This document shows positions 13,140 to 23,429 of a stretch of 64,000 nt of DNA, in pieces. The translations under genes were made by a program, and so were the position numbers. Numbering within the stretch: the first letter of the stretch is position 1; every line of letters starts with the position of its first letter. This DNA is from Trichosphaerium sp. ATCC 40318 (taxonomy: Eukaryota; Protista; Tubulinea), in NCBI GenBank assembly GCA_038496445.1, contig JALMLS010000225.1, positions 62,001 to 126,000 on the forward strand, in the 5' to 3' direction. The notes beneath the pieces are model-generated. The model was given only the letters and a program-made list of their open reading frames with translations. It had not been told where the DNA came from and searched no databases.

Positions 13140-15162
13140 TTACAAAAAACGCGCAAAATCTTTTGCCAAAAACTTTGCTCTTCCAGGTCGTGGCTTGTAT
13201 GTTTTCGTCATTTCTCTCTTCCACAGGGACTTTAGTGCAATTTTGCGTCTAAGCGACTTCTTTTTGCGGTCATACATTCCTTGTAACTGACGCTTCTTGC
13301 ATAGGCTCTCCTCTTCATTTTCTGGATCCACTTTATGCGATTCAAATGCTAGACGCTCATCTGCGCTCTTTACTAACACTTCAGCTTTCAGGGATGGATG
13401 TTGTGTGAGCAACTGCTTGTAGTATGCGTTCACAACCTTGCGAATTTCATTTTGTTGGTAAGAACTCCATTTGTTAAATTCTTCAATTTTTTTGTTGTTT
13501 GTTGTGTTGCGCACCAAAGTAGGGTTGTTGTTGTAAAACTGTTCAACAGCACGTTCTTTCTCCTTTCTTAGTCTTTGATATTTTTCACAGAAATCAAAAC
13601 GGTCATGTTCTACAGACGGAGGAACAGTGCGATCATTGGGCGTTGGTGTTTCTGTAGGCGCAAAAATATCACCAATACAACTGAGCCATGTCTGCTGAAC
13701 ATCCTCGCCTGTTATGGCGCTAGTGTGATTGTAGACAATTTTAGTGACAAAATTGACATAACTACATAGGTGTGAGCACTTGTGGCAGTGAATACGTGGA
13801 GAAAAAGCAAAGGTAAACCAAAAACAAAAAAAAAAATGGTACTTACGCTAATACAACTGGAGAATCCTTTTTCCAACCACCAAGCTCTGCTAATTGTGTG
13901 TAGTCGATGTTGGAACCCCCTTTACTCAGTACAGTGATTACATACTGAGTTGCCATACCTCTGCAGCTAGAGTGGGCGGTGATTTGGCCTTTCTTGTATC
14001 CAGCAGCCTGACCACGCTTGGACATCATGTTTCCGAGTCCTTGTGCCGTGATTGGCTTGGTAGGAAAGTACAAGTTGTTTGTAGCCGCACACCACAATGG
14101 CAACTTCTTGTGTGTCTCTTTCACCTAGTAGAAGCAGTTCAGTACAGGATGAAAGAAACGTGTAACCCCACAAAAAAAGAAGTAAAAAAAGAAGGTACCT
14201 TGAATGTGTGCGTTTTTGGATCATACATCTCCAAAGCTTCTCTGTCATGTAGGTACAGCGCCAAAGCTGCCAGTGGGTTGATATCAGCAAACTCCTCGCT
14301 TTCAGTGCTATCCACAAGCCAAGTTTTGTGACACTGCTCAAAGATCTTATCTTTTTCAATGTAGACTGCCAATTTCGCGTTACCAGCCACGTGAATTATT
14401 GAGAGATCTTCCAAGCGTATTTTGTGGTGTGAATCGGCACGTTTACCCAAAAACATGTTTAGGATAAGGTATGCACGATCACGGATATTAATCGGAGTTG
14501 TTGGGGGTATATGTGCCAATATTTTGCGCAAAACAGGTATAACAATTGGCACCTTTTCTAAGAAATCTTTTTGTGTTTCTGGGTTCTTTTTTTCGCATTG
14601 CGCTAGTACTACGTTTGCTACACAAAAATTAGACTCAATGTATCAAAGTACAAAAGAAAAATCCAAAACCACGTGATTATGGCGTACTTTCTGCATGAAA
14701 TGCTTCATCAAGAGGTGGCTGTCCTTGAAGGCGTGACTCTCGCAGTAAAGATCTCAAGTAAGTTTTTCTACTGTTGTTGCGATAACCCATCTTTGTTAGC
14801 GCAACAATCCATTCCTTCACAAAATCCACCTGAAGAGGGAATATGGAAGTCTCTTCTGGGTGATAAAACCTACAAAAAGTGAGTCAATTCTAAGAACAGT
14901 ACTTGGTTACTCTAGCTAACATATGCTCTAATAATGCGTACTTTAGGAACAACGTGTAATTGGCAGATGCCCGTGCTGCTAAAACAATGCTGCCATTCTC
15001 AAAAGGTTTGCGCTCTAGATCCTGTACTGTGCTGACAATCTCCTCTATAGGAACAGTTTTGGCCATTTCTTGAAAAGCGGCTTCCAAACCTTTGCCACTA
15101 AAACGCCGCTTATATCCTTTCCTTGGTTTAAGACCATCCAGGTCAGTCTTTCTTTTACTCAT
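13140..15162 (-). CDS. Intron-containing tyrosine recombinase (phage-integrase superfamily), 573 aa
   Basis: Exons 15162-14942, 14869-14688, 14617-14199, 14124-13847 and 13761-13140 are joined by GT-AG introns and give 1722 nt in frame. Core-binding-like FPLQVDFVKEWIVALTKMGY..SRKTYLRSL; box I RDRAYLILNMFLGKRADS; box II TAHSSCRGMAT; LAELGGWKKDSPVVLAY with the Trp and catalytic Tyr. Confidence 0.9.
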
Positions 15163-15259
15163 CTGGTTGAAAGCTAACCAAGCGCTATATAACTTCTGTT
15201 GACTGTGTTGACTGCCGTTGAGTCAAGGGCAGTAAGAAAGTGTTGTCCTTTTGGTGTTT

Positions 15260-15416
15260 TCTGTTCTATTCAGTTTAATCTCTGAATGGGGGACGAATGT
15301 CCCCCACAAGATTAAGCGAATTTTTTCCGGGGGCAGGGGATTGTCGGACTGGCTTGCCTTTCCACCCCTGCAATGATCTGTCAGGCCTTACACTACCCGC
15401 CAGATGAGGTCAACCC
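15260..15416 (+). pseudogene. U2: 5'-truncated U2 snRNA (nt 39 to end)
   Basis: Begins at TCTGTTCTATTCAG and matches the intact U2 copy from there. No promoter or nt 1-38 upstream. Confidence 0.93.
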
Positions 15417-15524
15417 CTTCTCTAAACATCAAAGAAAAACAATAACCACCTTCAGACTGGGAAAGCACTCTCTATCTTAGGGTATAAATTTACCAAAAAA
15501 TTTTTACAAGTCAAAAATTTCCGT

Positions 15525-15550
15525 GATACTACACCTGATCTTAGCCAAAA
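15525..15550 (-). repeat. 26-bp copy of U2 nt 15-40 (one mismatch), antisense to and ~110 bp downstream of the U2 3' end
   Basis: gatactacacctgatcttagccaaaa. Confidence 0.93.
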
Positions 15551-16757
15551 CAAAAATCACACTTTTTCTTGTTTTCCGTTTCCAATCGCGTCATTTCAAA
15601 GCCACAGCTTAATGCTGAGAATAGAACCGTCGTACTTAAAACATCAGTTTTATTCGTTTGCTGTCTATGACCTTAAGTGATATCAAAATTTGCAATGTCA
15701 GTTTCAGTAGGCAAATGGCAAGATGATCGCAGTATTTACCCACTTACACGGTACGATCAAACATTATTCTTCCATGAGCTAAAAGCAAATTAAAATGAAT
15801 CGATGGCCTGCAAAGCTATCTCATTACTACTGAATGGTGGTATGAATGCCTCAAACACTGTTTGCGTATGTTTGCTTCAAAAAAATTAACTCACGTGTAT
15901 AACGTACTAGCGCTACACTTGCGCCTACCCCACGCTAACAGAAGCGCTCTCGCAGCATTCAAACAGAAAAGCAGTGATAATAACATGAAAACCTCCCCAA
16001 AACACTATCAACGCTGCTGTAGGCTTTGCAAACGCAGCCAGGTGTCAATTTATATGTAAATAAAAATGTTTAGTCTCGTTTTGTTAAATCACGTGTTTGA
16101 AACGGTTGGGTTCCCCAGGCAGTCATGAGGGTAGACTGCCCTTAAAAATATGAGATTTGTAAGACCTGTCAGAAGTGTCAAATCCGTCAATCTGTCATTG
16201 GTCAGATTGGGCAGAAACTGGTTTTTTTTTGTTAAAAGTCAGCCTGGCTTAAAACTTCAAACGACAATAAGTTAAACTGCAAAACTGTAAATGTATAACC
16301 TTTGTGTAACATGCGTAAGCATGTAGAACTTTAACAAAGCATGTGGTGCCATGGTAAAACGCGATTACGGATTTTGTTGCTGAGTGTCTTAGCCGTCGGT
16401 TTATGGCTACAGATTTTTGTGGATTTAAATATAGCTTCCATATCAGCGTTTTCATGGAACAGTTGCTCTCACGCATTCCATTCTTTAGACCAATAAATGA
16501 GCATCATCTTCTGAAACCTTTCGTAGTTATAATCGTGTACAATAAAACATTCAATTTCGTTGATTGATCTTTACCAACTTGCGTGAGGGTTTTGGGTCTT
16601 AGAAGGCCAGAGTGTTACAAGTACTGGCATAGGAGATGATGTGTACATATCCTAACAGTTAAAAGGGTTCATGGCAATAAATTAGGTGTTTGAAGCGTAG
16701 TGATTGTGTTGTGTGAATACGAAGGGAAACGGAAAACAAGAAAAAGTGTGATTTTTG

Positions 16758-16783
16758 TTTTGGCTAAGATCAGGTGTAGTATC
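16758..16783 (+). repeat. 26-bp copy of U2 nt 15-40 (one mismatch), downstream of and antisense to the intact U2 gene
   Basis: ttttggctaagatcaggtgtagtatc. Confidence 0.93.
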
Positions 16784-16891
16784 ACGGAAATTTTTGACTT
16801 GTAAAAATTTTTTGGTAAATTTATACCCTAAGACAGAGAGTGCTTTCCCAGTCTGAATGTGGTTATTGTTTTTCTTTGATGTTTAGAGAAG

Positions 16892-17086
16892 GGGTTGACC
16901 TCATCTGGCGGGTAGTGTAAGGCCTGACAGATCATTGCAGGGGTGGAAAGGCAAGCCAGTCCGACAATCCCCTGCCCCCGGAAAAAATTCGCTTAATCTT
17001 GTGGGGGACATTCGTCCCCCATTCAGAGATTAAACTGAATAGAACAGATACTACACTTGATCTTAGCCAAAAGGCCGAGAAGGTTA
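16892..17086 (-). ncRNA. U2: U2 snRNA, intact
   Basis: Full U2 5' hallmark, stem IIa attcag/ctgaat, stem IIb gggggac/gtccccc, Sm-like site, stem III gcagggg/cccctgc and stem IV. Confidence 0.97.
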
Positions 17087-17759
17087 CTTATTGGGTGCCG
17101 TTGAACATGATTTATCAGCCTAGTAATTAAATTTATTGTGGTTTTTTTTCTTTGCTTACAACGTCGCTATAAAAATGTACCACAGCGATTGTACGCGCTA
17201 TTATGGGTTCAAACTGCGTTTATGTTGAGAACAATTGGATAATGACTATCTTTCTTAAAACGCACATTGAATCGCTTGTACGCCTCAAAGTCACGATAAA
17301 AGACATAGAAACAAGTTCGACGAAGTATCTGCTGTACGGCGCTAAAAATTTTCTGGTAGCGATCTTGTATCTCCTAAACGCGCTTTTTCAGTGTTACCAA
17401 GGTACTACGCACTCGAAAAAAAAAAGCATTGAGAATGCTCCAAATTTCAAAGTCAAAAATAGCGAAAATCAGAAGAACCTTTATTTTTATCCAGTAAACA
17501 ATTCAGCCCTGCAATAGCCCAAGTGTTATCCAGTGGAGTATGTCGTTGCGGCGATAACGTGTACCAAACGTAAAAAACATTCGTCCGCTGAAGTACAGCT
17601 CCAATAAACAGTACCTGCACCGCCTTCGTAGCTAATAACCTCGCCTGTATGTTACTCGCGCTCACAGTGATACACTCACGAAAATAAGGTTCGCAATAGC
17701 CCTGTTTGCTTGTTGTGTTGTGGGTGGACTTCAACAACTAATAATCAAGCGAGATGGGT

Positions 17760-18342
17760 TTATTTATTCAACGTTTTCTTTAGTTCTTCTAGCGTACACG
17801 CGTTTTGTATTAGTGCAGTCTGAAGCAAATCGGCAGTAGTTGATCTTGTATCAAAACATTTTGCAACAAAGTCAATCACCTCCTCAGAACAAGAGTACAA
17901 CTGCGAAAGCGCTTTGGTTCGATCAAATACACGCCCAACAGCCATCTCTACAGCTACGAATCCAATTATCACATTTGTAGTTGAAGTTAATACCAATGAA
18001 ATGCTCTGTGGTTTGTGCGTCAATTGAACGCGCCCATCTTTATGCACAATAACGTCATCTGATTGAACGTTTTTGTGCAATCTGTATTTGTGTAGATACA
18101 AGTTGAGATAGTATTGACTTTAGGATAGCAGCCACGGTGGGAAGATTCATATCAGTGCGTGCAAGTAGTTTGAGGGTTGTAGAGCGAAATAGTTTGGTTG
18201 ACCGCTTTTTGAAATATAGTCGTATACGCTTTACTTCTTTGAGGGAGAACGTGCTTGAGGATTGAGCGATCATGTGATGTTGTGCGAGTTGTGTACTTAA
18301 AAAAAAAGGCATGAACGTTGAGTGATCATGATTGAGTTGCAA
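17760..18342 (-). pseudogene. Divergent protein-kinase-fold remnant with a frameshift near 18100
   Basis: VAAILKSILSQL/YLHKYRLHKNVQSDDVIVHKDGRVQL, VAVEMAVG and SEEVIDFVAKCFD.RSTTADLLQ resemble kinase subdomains VI-XI. Catalytic HRD and DFG are absent. Confidence 0.6.
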
Positions 18343-18505
18343 AAGGTTTCAAACCTATTTGATTGATCACTCGTACTTAGTAATAACGCTTTTGGTGTAT
18401 TAACTTGACAGTTGAGTGCAGTTCAATCATTGTGATTTCGACAAATCCTGCCTACATTTCTCGTGTCAGTCACGTAATTTATTTATCATCATTGAAATTG
18501 TCGCC

Positions 18506-20585
18506 ATGTCTTTCATTGGGGTATTAGCTGTTTTAAGACATTATTTAACGTATTGTAGACTATTGGAGAGGGTTTATCTCGTTCTACAGACGATAGCCCA
18601 ATAGATATTGAGGAAAACCTTACAGGTTGGCGAAATAAAGCAAATAACGCAGTGCTGACTATTTAGAATGGCTATTGGCAAGGAGAAAGATACCCAAAAC
18701 GTGGAGTAAGCAATTACGTGAGCTACAAAGTAAACAAGTACGCTTTACAACCCAATTAGTTGTTTTGTCGATTTAATCCATCAATAAAAAGCAAAGCGTG
18801 GTTACATTTGAACCATACGCTACAATACGTTGTTGCGATGGCTATCGGATGTTTTTGCTAATTTATGCCAGGACGCACTTATACGCGACCAGATGCCTTC
18901 CAATACTTACCTGCAAGATTTAGTAAAGCAACAACGTAAGCTAAGGGCGAGATAAGGGGTTAAAAAATGACACATTGTAGACAACATTTTGACATATTTT
19001 GATATTTTGGATATTATTTCGAACATTATTGACAGTGGTGAAGACTCGTCGAAAAACTTACTTGGCTATTACAACTCCAAAATTCTTTGTGTACGTTTAC
19101 AGTACATTCAGTCACGGTTGACTCCTAGCAAGCAAACCATGTTATTTAAACTCCTTGAACATTTCAAATATGTATTCACTTCTAGTAGAAATGGCAAGGT
19201 ATCCAAACGGCATATGAAAGAAACAACTTGCATTTGGCTCACTTGGCCAAGTTGCTACATGATACGATAGATAATAAGTTGTACGGTTTTTTTAATAATC
19301 ACTTGATCTTACTCTTCTAGACCTTCGTTGCTAGAAGAAAAGAATAAATTAAAAAGACAATTAGCTTATATACATAAGAGAAAAACATCAGCACTGGATA
19401 CAAAACGTCGCATTGAGGATATTCTAAAGTCAAGATTTACAGAATACGGGATTGTTGTATGTAACACATTTTATTTGTGCTAAAGCTTGTTAGGGTGCGA
19501 ATGTTCGGCAAGAGTTATTGGGTAAAGTATTAAAAGAGCTTCCCGACTTATGTGATGAGATTATGCAGCAATTACAACAAAGCCACATTGGCGAAGCCGT
19601 AGATCATTACTCACGATTTGTTGATCACATGGCGTTGAAACATGTAACTGCCCTTGGCACAAAATCTAACGGTGTAAATGTTAGCGGTATGTTATACGCA
19701 TAAACAGAGGCTCACTAGGAGTAGAGATCATGAGTACTTTATGCAAAGTAAGAAAAGAAGGAAATTTTATAACTAGCAAAACTAATTTCTCGGATTCAAA
19801 CTTCGGTATAGAGATAGTTGGTGGGGGAGAAGTTAACACAAAACCATCTAGCGATGGCATTGATTGGGGTGAGTAGTCATATGTTTTTGCAGTTAACGTG
19901 TACAAGGCGATTTTGACATTACTGGTGACACCATTGTTGTATCATCGAGTAGAGTGATTCACACCTACACTTCCGAGGAAATTAAACAGTTAAAAAATAG
20001 CGCTTTATGTAACAGAAAAACGAGAGGAGAAATATTAGCTAATTTAAACGAACTGCTTGGATTTTTGAAACAACGTGCTGCAGATAAATCAGTCGAAGAG
20101 AATCTGTCCATTCAACAGCTTCAAAATGCGCCCTGGGAGGTTCACAAGCACGATGCAATGAGTAACATACAACGATTAATTAAAGAATTAAACCACACTG
20201 TGAACAAGATAAACAGCACTGAGGCACAACTTTTATTCAATTTAGCAACTTCGGAAAGGTACGCATCTAGATCGCCATACACTTATTCTGTAGTATCTTA
20301 GATAGAATATGTAGTGATGTAGAAATACATCGCACTCGCATACGCCGTTTAGAAAAACTACATGATGAGGAGAGTTTAGTAGCCAGTAAGGTTTCCAAAA
20401 TGATAGAAATCACACTACAGGAACTACAAGACCACTGGCGAGCGCGTGTGAGCGTTTTAAAGACAAAAACAGGTGTGAATTCGAACAAACTGTAAACTGA
20501 TACAGTTGTAGAACGTATGTTGGCTGTACAACATAGTAGAAACGTGACAGTGCACAATATAGCAGAAAAACTGCTAACCAAGTGA
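18506..20585 (+). CDS. CDK5RAP3: CDK5RAP3/C53-like protein (multi-exon)
   Basis: EWLLARRKIPKTW, YFDILDII...SKNLLGYYNS..W..I..AYERNNLHLA, EYGIVGANVRQELL...ELP and IDWG match the C53 family. Confidence 0.85.
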
Positions 20586-20655
20586 GTTTGGTTCAAATTC
20601 TGTACTTACTTTTTGTGGTTAACTTAAATACATAACGGATAAAATTAAACCGGAA

Positions 20656-21535
20656 ATGTCTGAAGACGAAAGTTCGTTTGTGCAATTGGCACAGCTTCAA
20701 TACTACCAAATTTTACACTGGGCGTTTGGCCCAAATCAGTCCCTCCTTCATGTAGCCCTTTTCTTGTTAATCCTTTTTCTGGCTGTGAGGAATGCCATGC
20801 ATGGTGCTGCTACCCTAAAAGGTAAATGTGTAACACCTAATCCTCGAAGTGCTAGTGTACGCTTTTTAAACTTGTACTAGTACCTCACAACATTTAGGAC
20901 GACATAAGCTTTCTTTTTAGCGCGTCCAAAGATTTCATAGACTGGACTTTATTAAGGCTCGGCTATGCCCAATCGCGTTGTAAAGCTCCACAAAGGCCAA
21001 AAACTGACTTTAGCGGCTTGGTATGCAAAAACTGCGAAAACAGCAAAAACATACTTACACAATGTTAGTTCAACTGTGGTTCCGCCACTCAGGACTTGTC
21101 ACACCTACAAAGTGAAAATAATCAATTAACGGTAAGTTACTGTTACAAAAATCAAAACTAAATGTCAAACAGAGCGATTTGTACACATGCCAAGCGGACA
21201 AGAAAGATTTAAAACAAAAAGCAAATCAAATTCAAGCTCCTGGCGAACACGAGGCTAAAAATGCAAATAAGATGATTCCTCTATGGTTTCATCATTTTCA
21301 TGTGAGTGTGACGATTACGTTTTAAGCTTACAATCGTAGACCTTCGAAGCCAAAATTCGCCTGATGAGGGAAAAAATTGCAGCAGAAGTCAGGCTTCAAG
21401 CGTACGACCTGTGAACTACTAATTACTAACATTTTAACTAGTGAAGTACTCTTCGCGTTTAGAAAAGGGCTATTCTATGGCATTGCTGGAACCGCAGGCA
21501 GCTTATGGTTTGCATCCTTTTCAAAGGCACCATAA
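20656..21535 (+). CDS. Hypothetical membrane protein (multi-exon)
   Basis: ATG-initiated exon with a hydrophobic helix, several GT-AG introns and a hydrophobic C-terminus. No family recognised. Confidence 0.5.
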
Positions 21536-21650
21536 GTGAACTATACGTTAAAAAATGTAAATCAGAATAAAATGAGTGATTCCTGGCCGTTCGTTAAAGT
21601 TTTAAAACGACTGGAATCGACCAGTATTATTGTTGAAAAGCCACAACACG

Positions 21651-23288
21651 ATGACCATGCGAGCTACAACCATATTGATCCTTACAGTTCTTATCGAACT
21701 TATAACGTGTAAAACATGCGTTATAACGCGTTATGGCGCCAAAGGAGATAGTACGTTAATGATTGTTAACATTACTTGATTACCAGCTTCCAGACTCGAC
21801 AAATAATGCCGAGGCGATACAAGCGGGTTAGGGAACTAATTCAGTATTGTACTTACATAAAACGTCAGCGATACGTAATTGTACTTCATCAAGCACCCGG
21901 TACAGCTCGTCCTTACTTTTACTAACTAAAGTTTTTCACATGCTAACATTCAAAAGAAATGTTGTGCTTGTGCCAGAAGAAGGCACATTCCAAACTGGGC
22001 CGCTAAGGCTGCAGACCGGCGTAGAATTGCGTGTTCTTGGTTCGCTAGCGGCTGTACCAAATAGAGCGTAAGTTATAACTGCGGTTGTGAAGTAAACACT
22101 AAACCTTTTTTCTAGGTTGTTTAATGGTAGTAAGAGCGTTATTTATGGAGGTGGAATAAAAAATATCGCTATAATAGGAAGTGGTGTTATTGACGGAAAT
22201 GGTGTGTAGAACCTCGGTTGGTTTTAAATCGTTAAATCACCTAGGTGCTCTATGGTGGCCATACGCATACAAAGAGCCACGTCCTCATTTACTATTCTTT
22301 GAAGATTGTAATGTTTTAGAAATGCGCGATGTCACATTACGAAACTCTCCAATGTTTCATTTCTTGACTGCAGGTGGATCTAATGTAACTGTAACAAACG
22401 TTAAAATACGAGCTCCATTTGATTCTCCTAACACAGATGGCATAGACATCGGTGAGATAAAGGATACTAATGACTCTTGGCTAACACTACACTTAGGATC
22501 TTCGTATACCTACGTTTCTGATTGTGATGTGCGAAATGGAGATGATTCTATTTGTATGAAAGAAGGAGCCAATCATGTGCTTGTAGAAAATTGTTATTTG
22601 GAAGGTTTGCCTCCAGGGTATTAAACCACTATTTGAATCCTGACTATATGAAGGACTTGGACCTAACATAGGTACTGGGAGCCTTACAAGCGAGAACATA
22701 ACATTCAGGAATATTGTCACTAAAACAGGTGAAATGACGTTTGGGTTTTTTTATTGTAACACAAGTTCTTACTTTGGTTTCAGCTTGGGGTATACGTATA
22801 AAATTCAAGCCTGGACAAAGTGGATATCTTCGTGATGTATTGTACAAGAATATCACAATCATTAGTTCATCAAAGGGTCTTGATATCAATCTTTATGGTC
22901 AGTCATTTGACAAGAATAATGTTCCTTTTGATGACTACGCTCACATGGAAATAAGCAATCTTCGCTTTGAAGATGTTACAGGTACTGTTTCTTTAATTAT
23001 TTTGCTCACTTAAGAATGTAGGTAATGCCTCCAGTGAGGCAGGAACATTTTCATGCTCAGCGGATTATCCTTGCAAAAGCACGTGCAATTTTTTTAACAT
23101 CAAAAGTTCATTTCGCATTTTCCAAACAGCACTTCTTATTGTTGTTTTAACTTCGTACCAACGCGACATATGATATAGATATCACTATGAAGAATGTTCA
23201 CATCAATAGTAAAGTACCGTTCACTTGTAAGGACATTTATGGAACAGCTGATGATGTATCTCCAAAATCTTGTTTCAAACCCAACTGA
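21651..23288 (+). CDS. Secreted glycoside hydrolase family 28 (polygalacturonase-like)
   Basis: Signal peptide, YGAKGD, GSGVIDGNG..WW, SPNTDGID, NGDDSICMK and GIRIK. Confidence 0.9.
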
Positions 23289-23429
23289 AATCGTCACAAT
23301 AAATGATGGTCTGCCAGTAACGATTATCATTCTTGCATCCAAGGTTGTAGAAAATTTTATTTGTTTACAGTTTTTGCTGAAATCAAAGCAAAATACGAAG
23401 TTCTTCTTTGAGAAATTTTTACCGTTTTT

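Larger units (their letters stand above)
7460..15259 (-). mobile_element. Putative U2-targeting tyrosine-recombinase integrative element (~7.8 kb) with cargo
   Basis: Flanked by a direct repeat of the U2 3' part (7460..7608 and 15260..15414). Removing it restores a locus matching the uninterrupted U2 unit at 16725..17139. The recombinase ATG is 98 bp inside the right end. Confidence 0.75.
15260..17048. repeat. 324-bp inverted repeat (15260..15583 / 16725..17048): U2 3' part plus downstream flank
   Basis: Direct comparison shows two mismatches, both in the flank. The spacer is ~1.14 kb. Confidence 0.95.

Noticed and set aside
13140-15260. Utopia/Keno-type or DIRS retrotransposon as the U2-inserted element
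   Set aside because: No reverse transcriptase, endonuclease, RNase H or poly(A) tail is visible. The only enzyme is an intron-containing tyrosine recombinase.
15500-15560. Box C/D guide RNA for U2 modification
   Set aside because: A CTGA is present within the antisense stretch, but there is no convincing C box and the 5157 copy lacks CTGA.
16249-16476. ADP-ribosyltransferase-like FYHGT motif in the spacer ORF
   Set aside because: A single short motif with no supporting downstream residues or gene structure.
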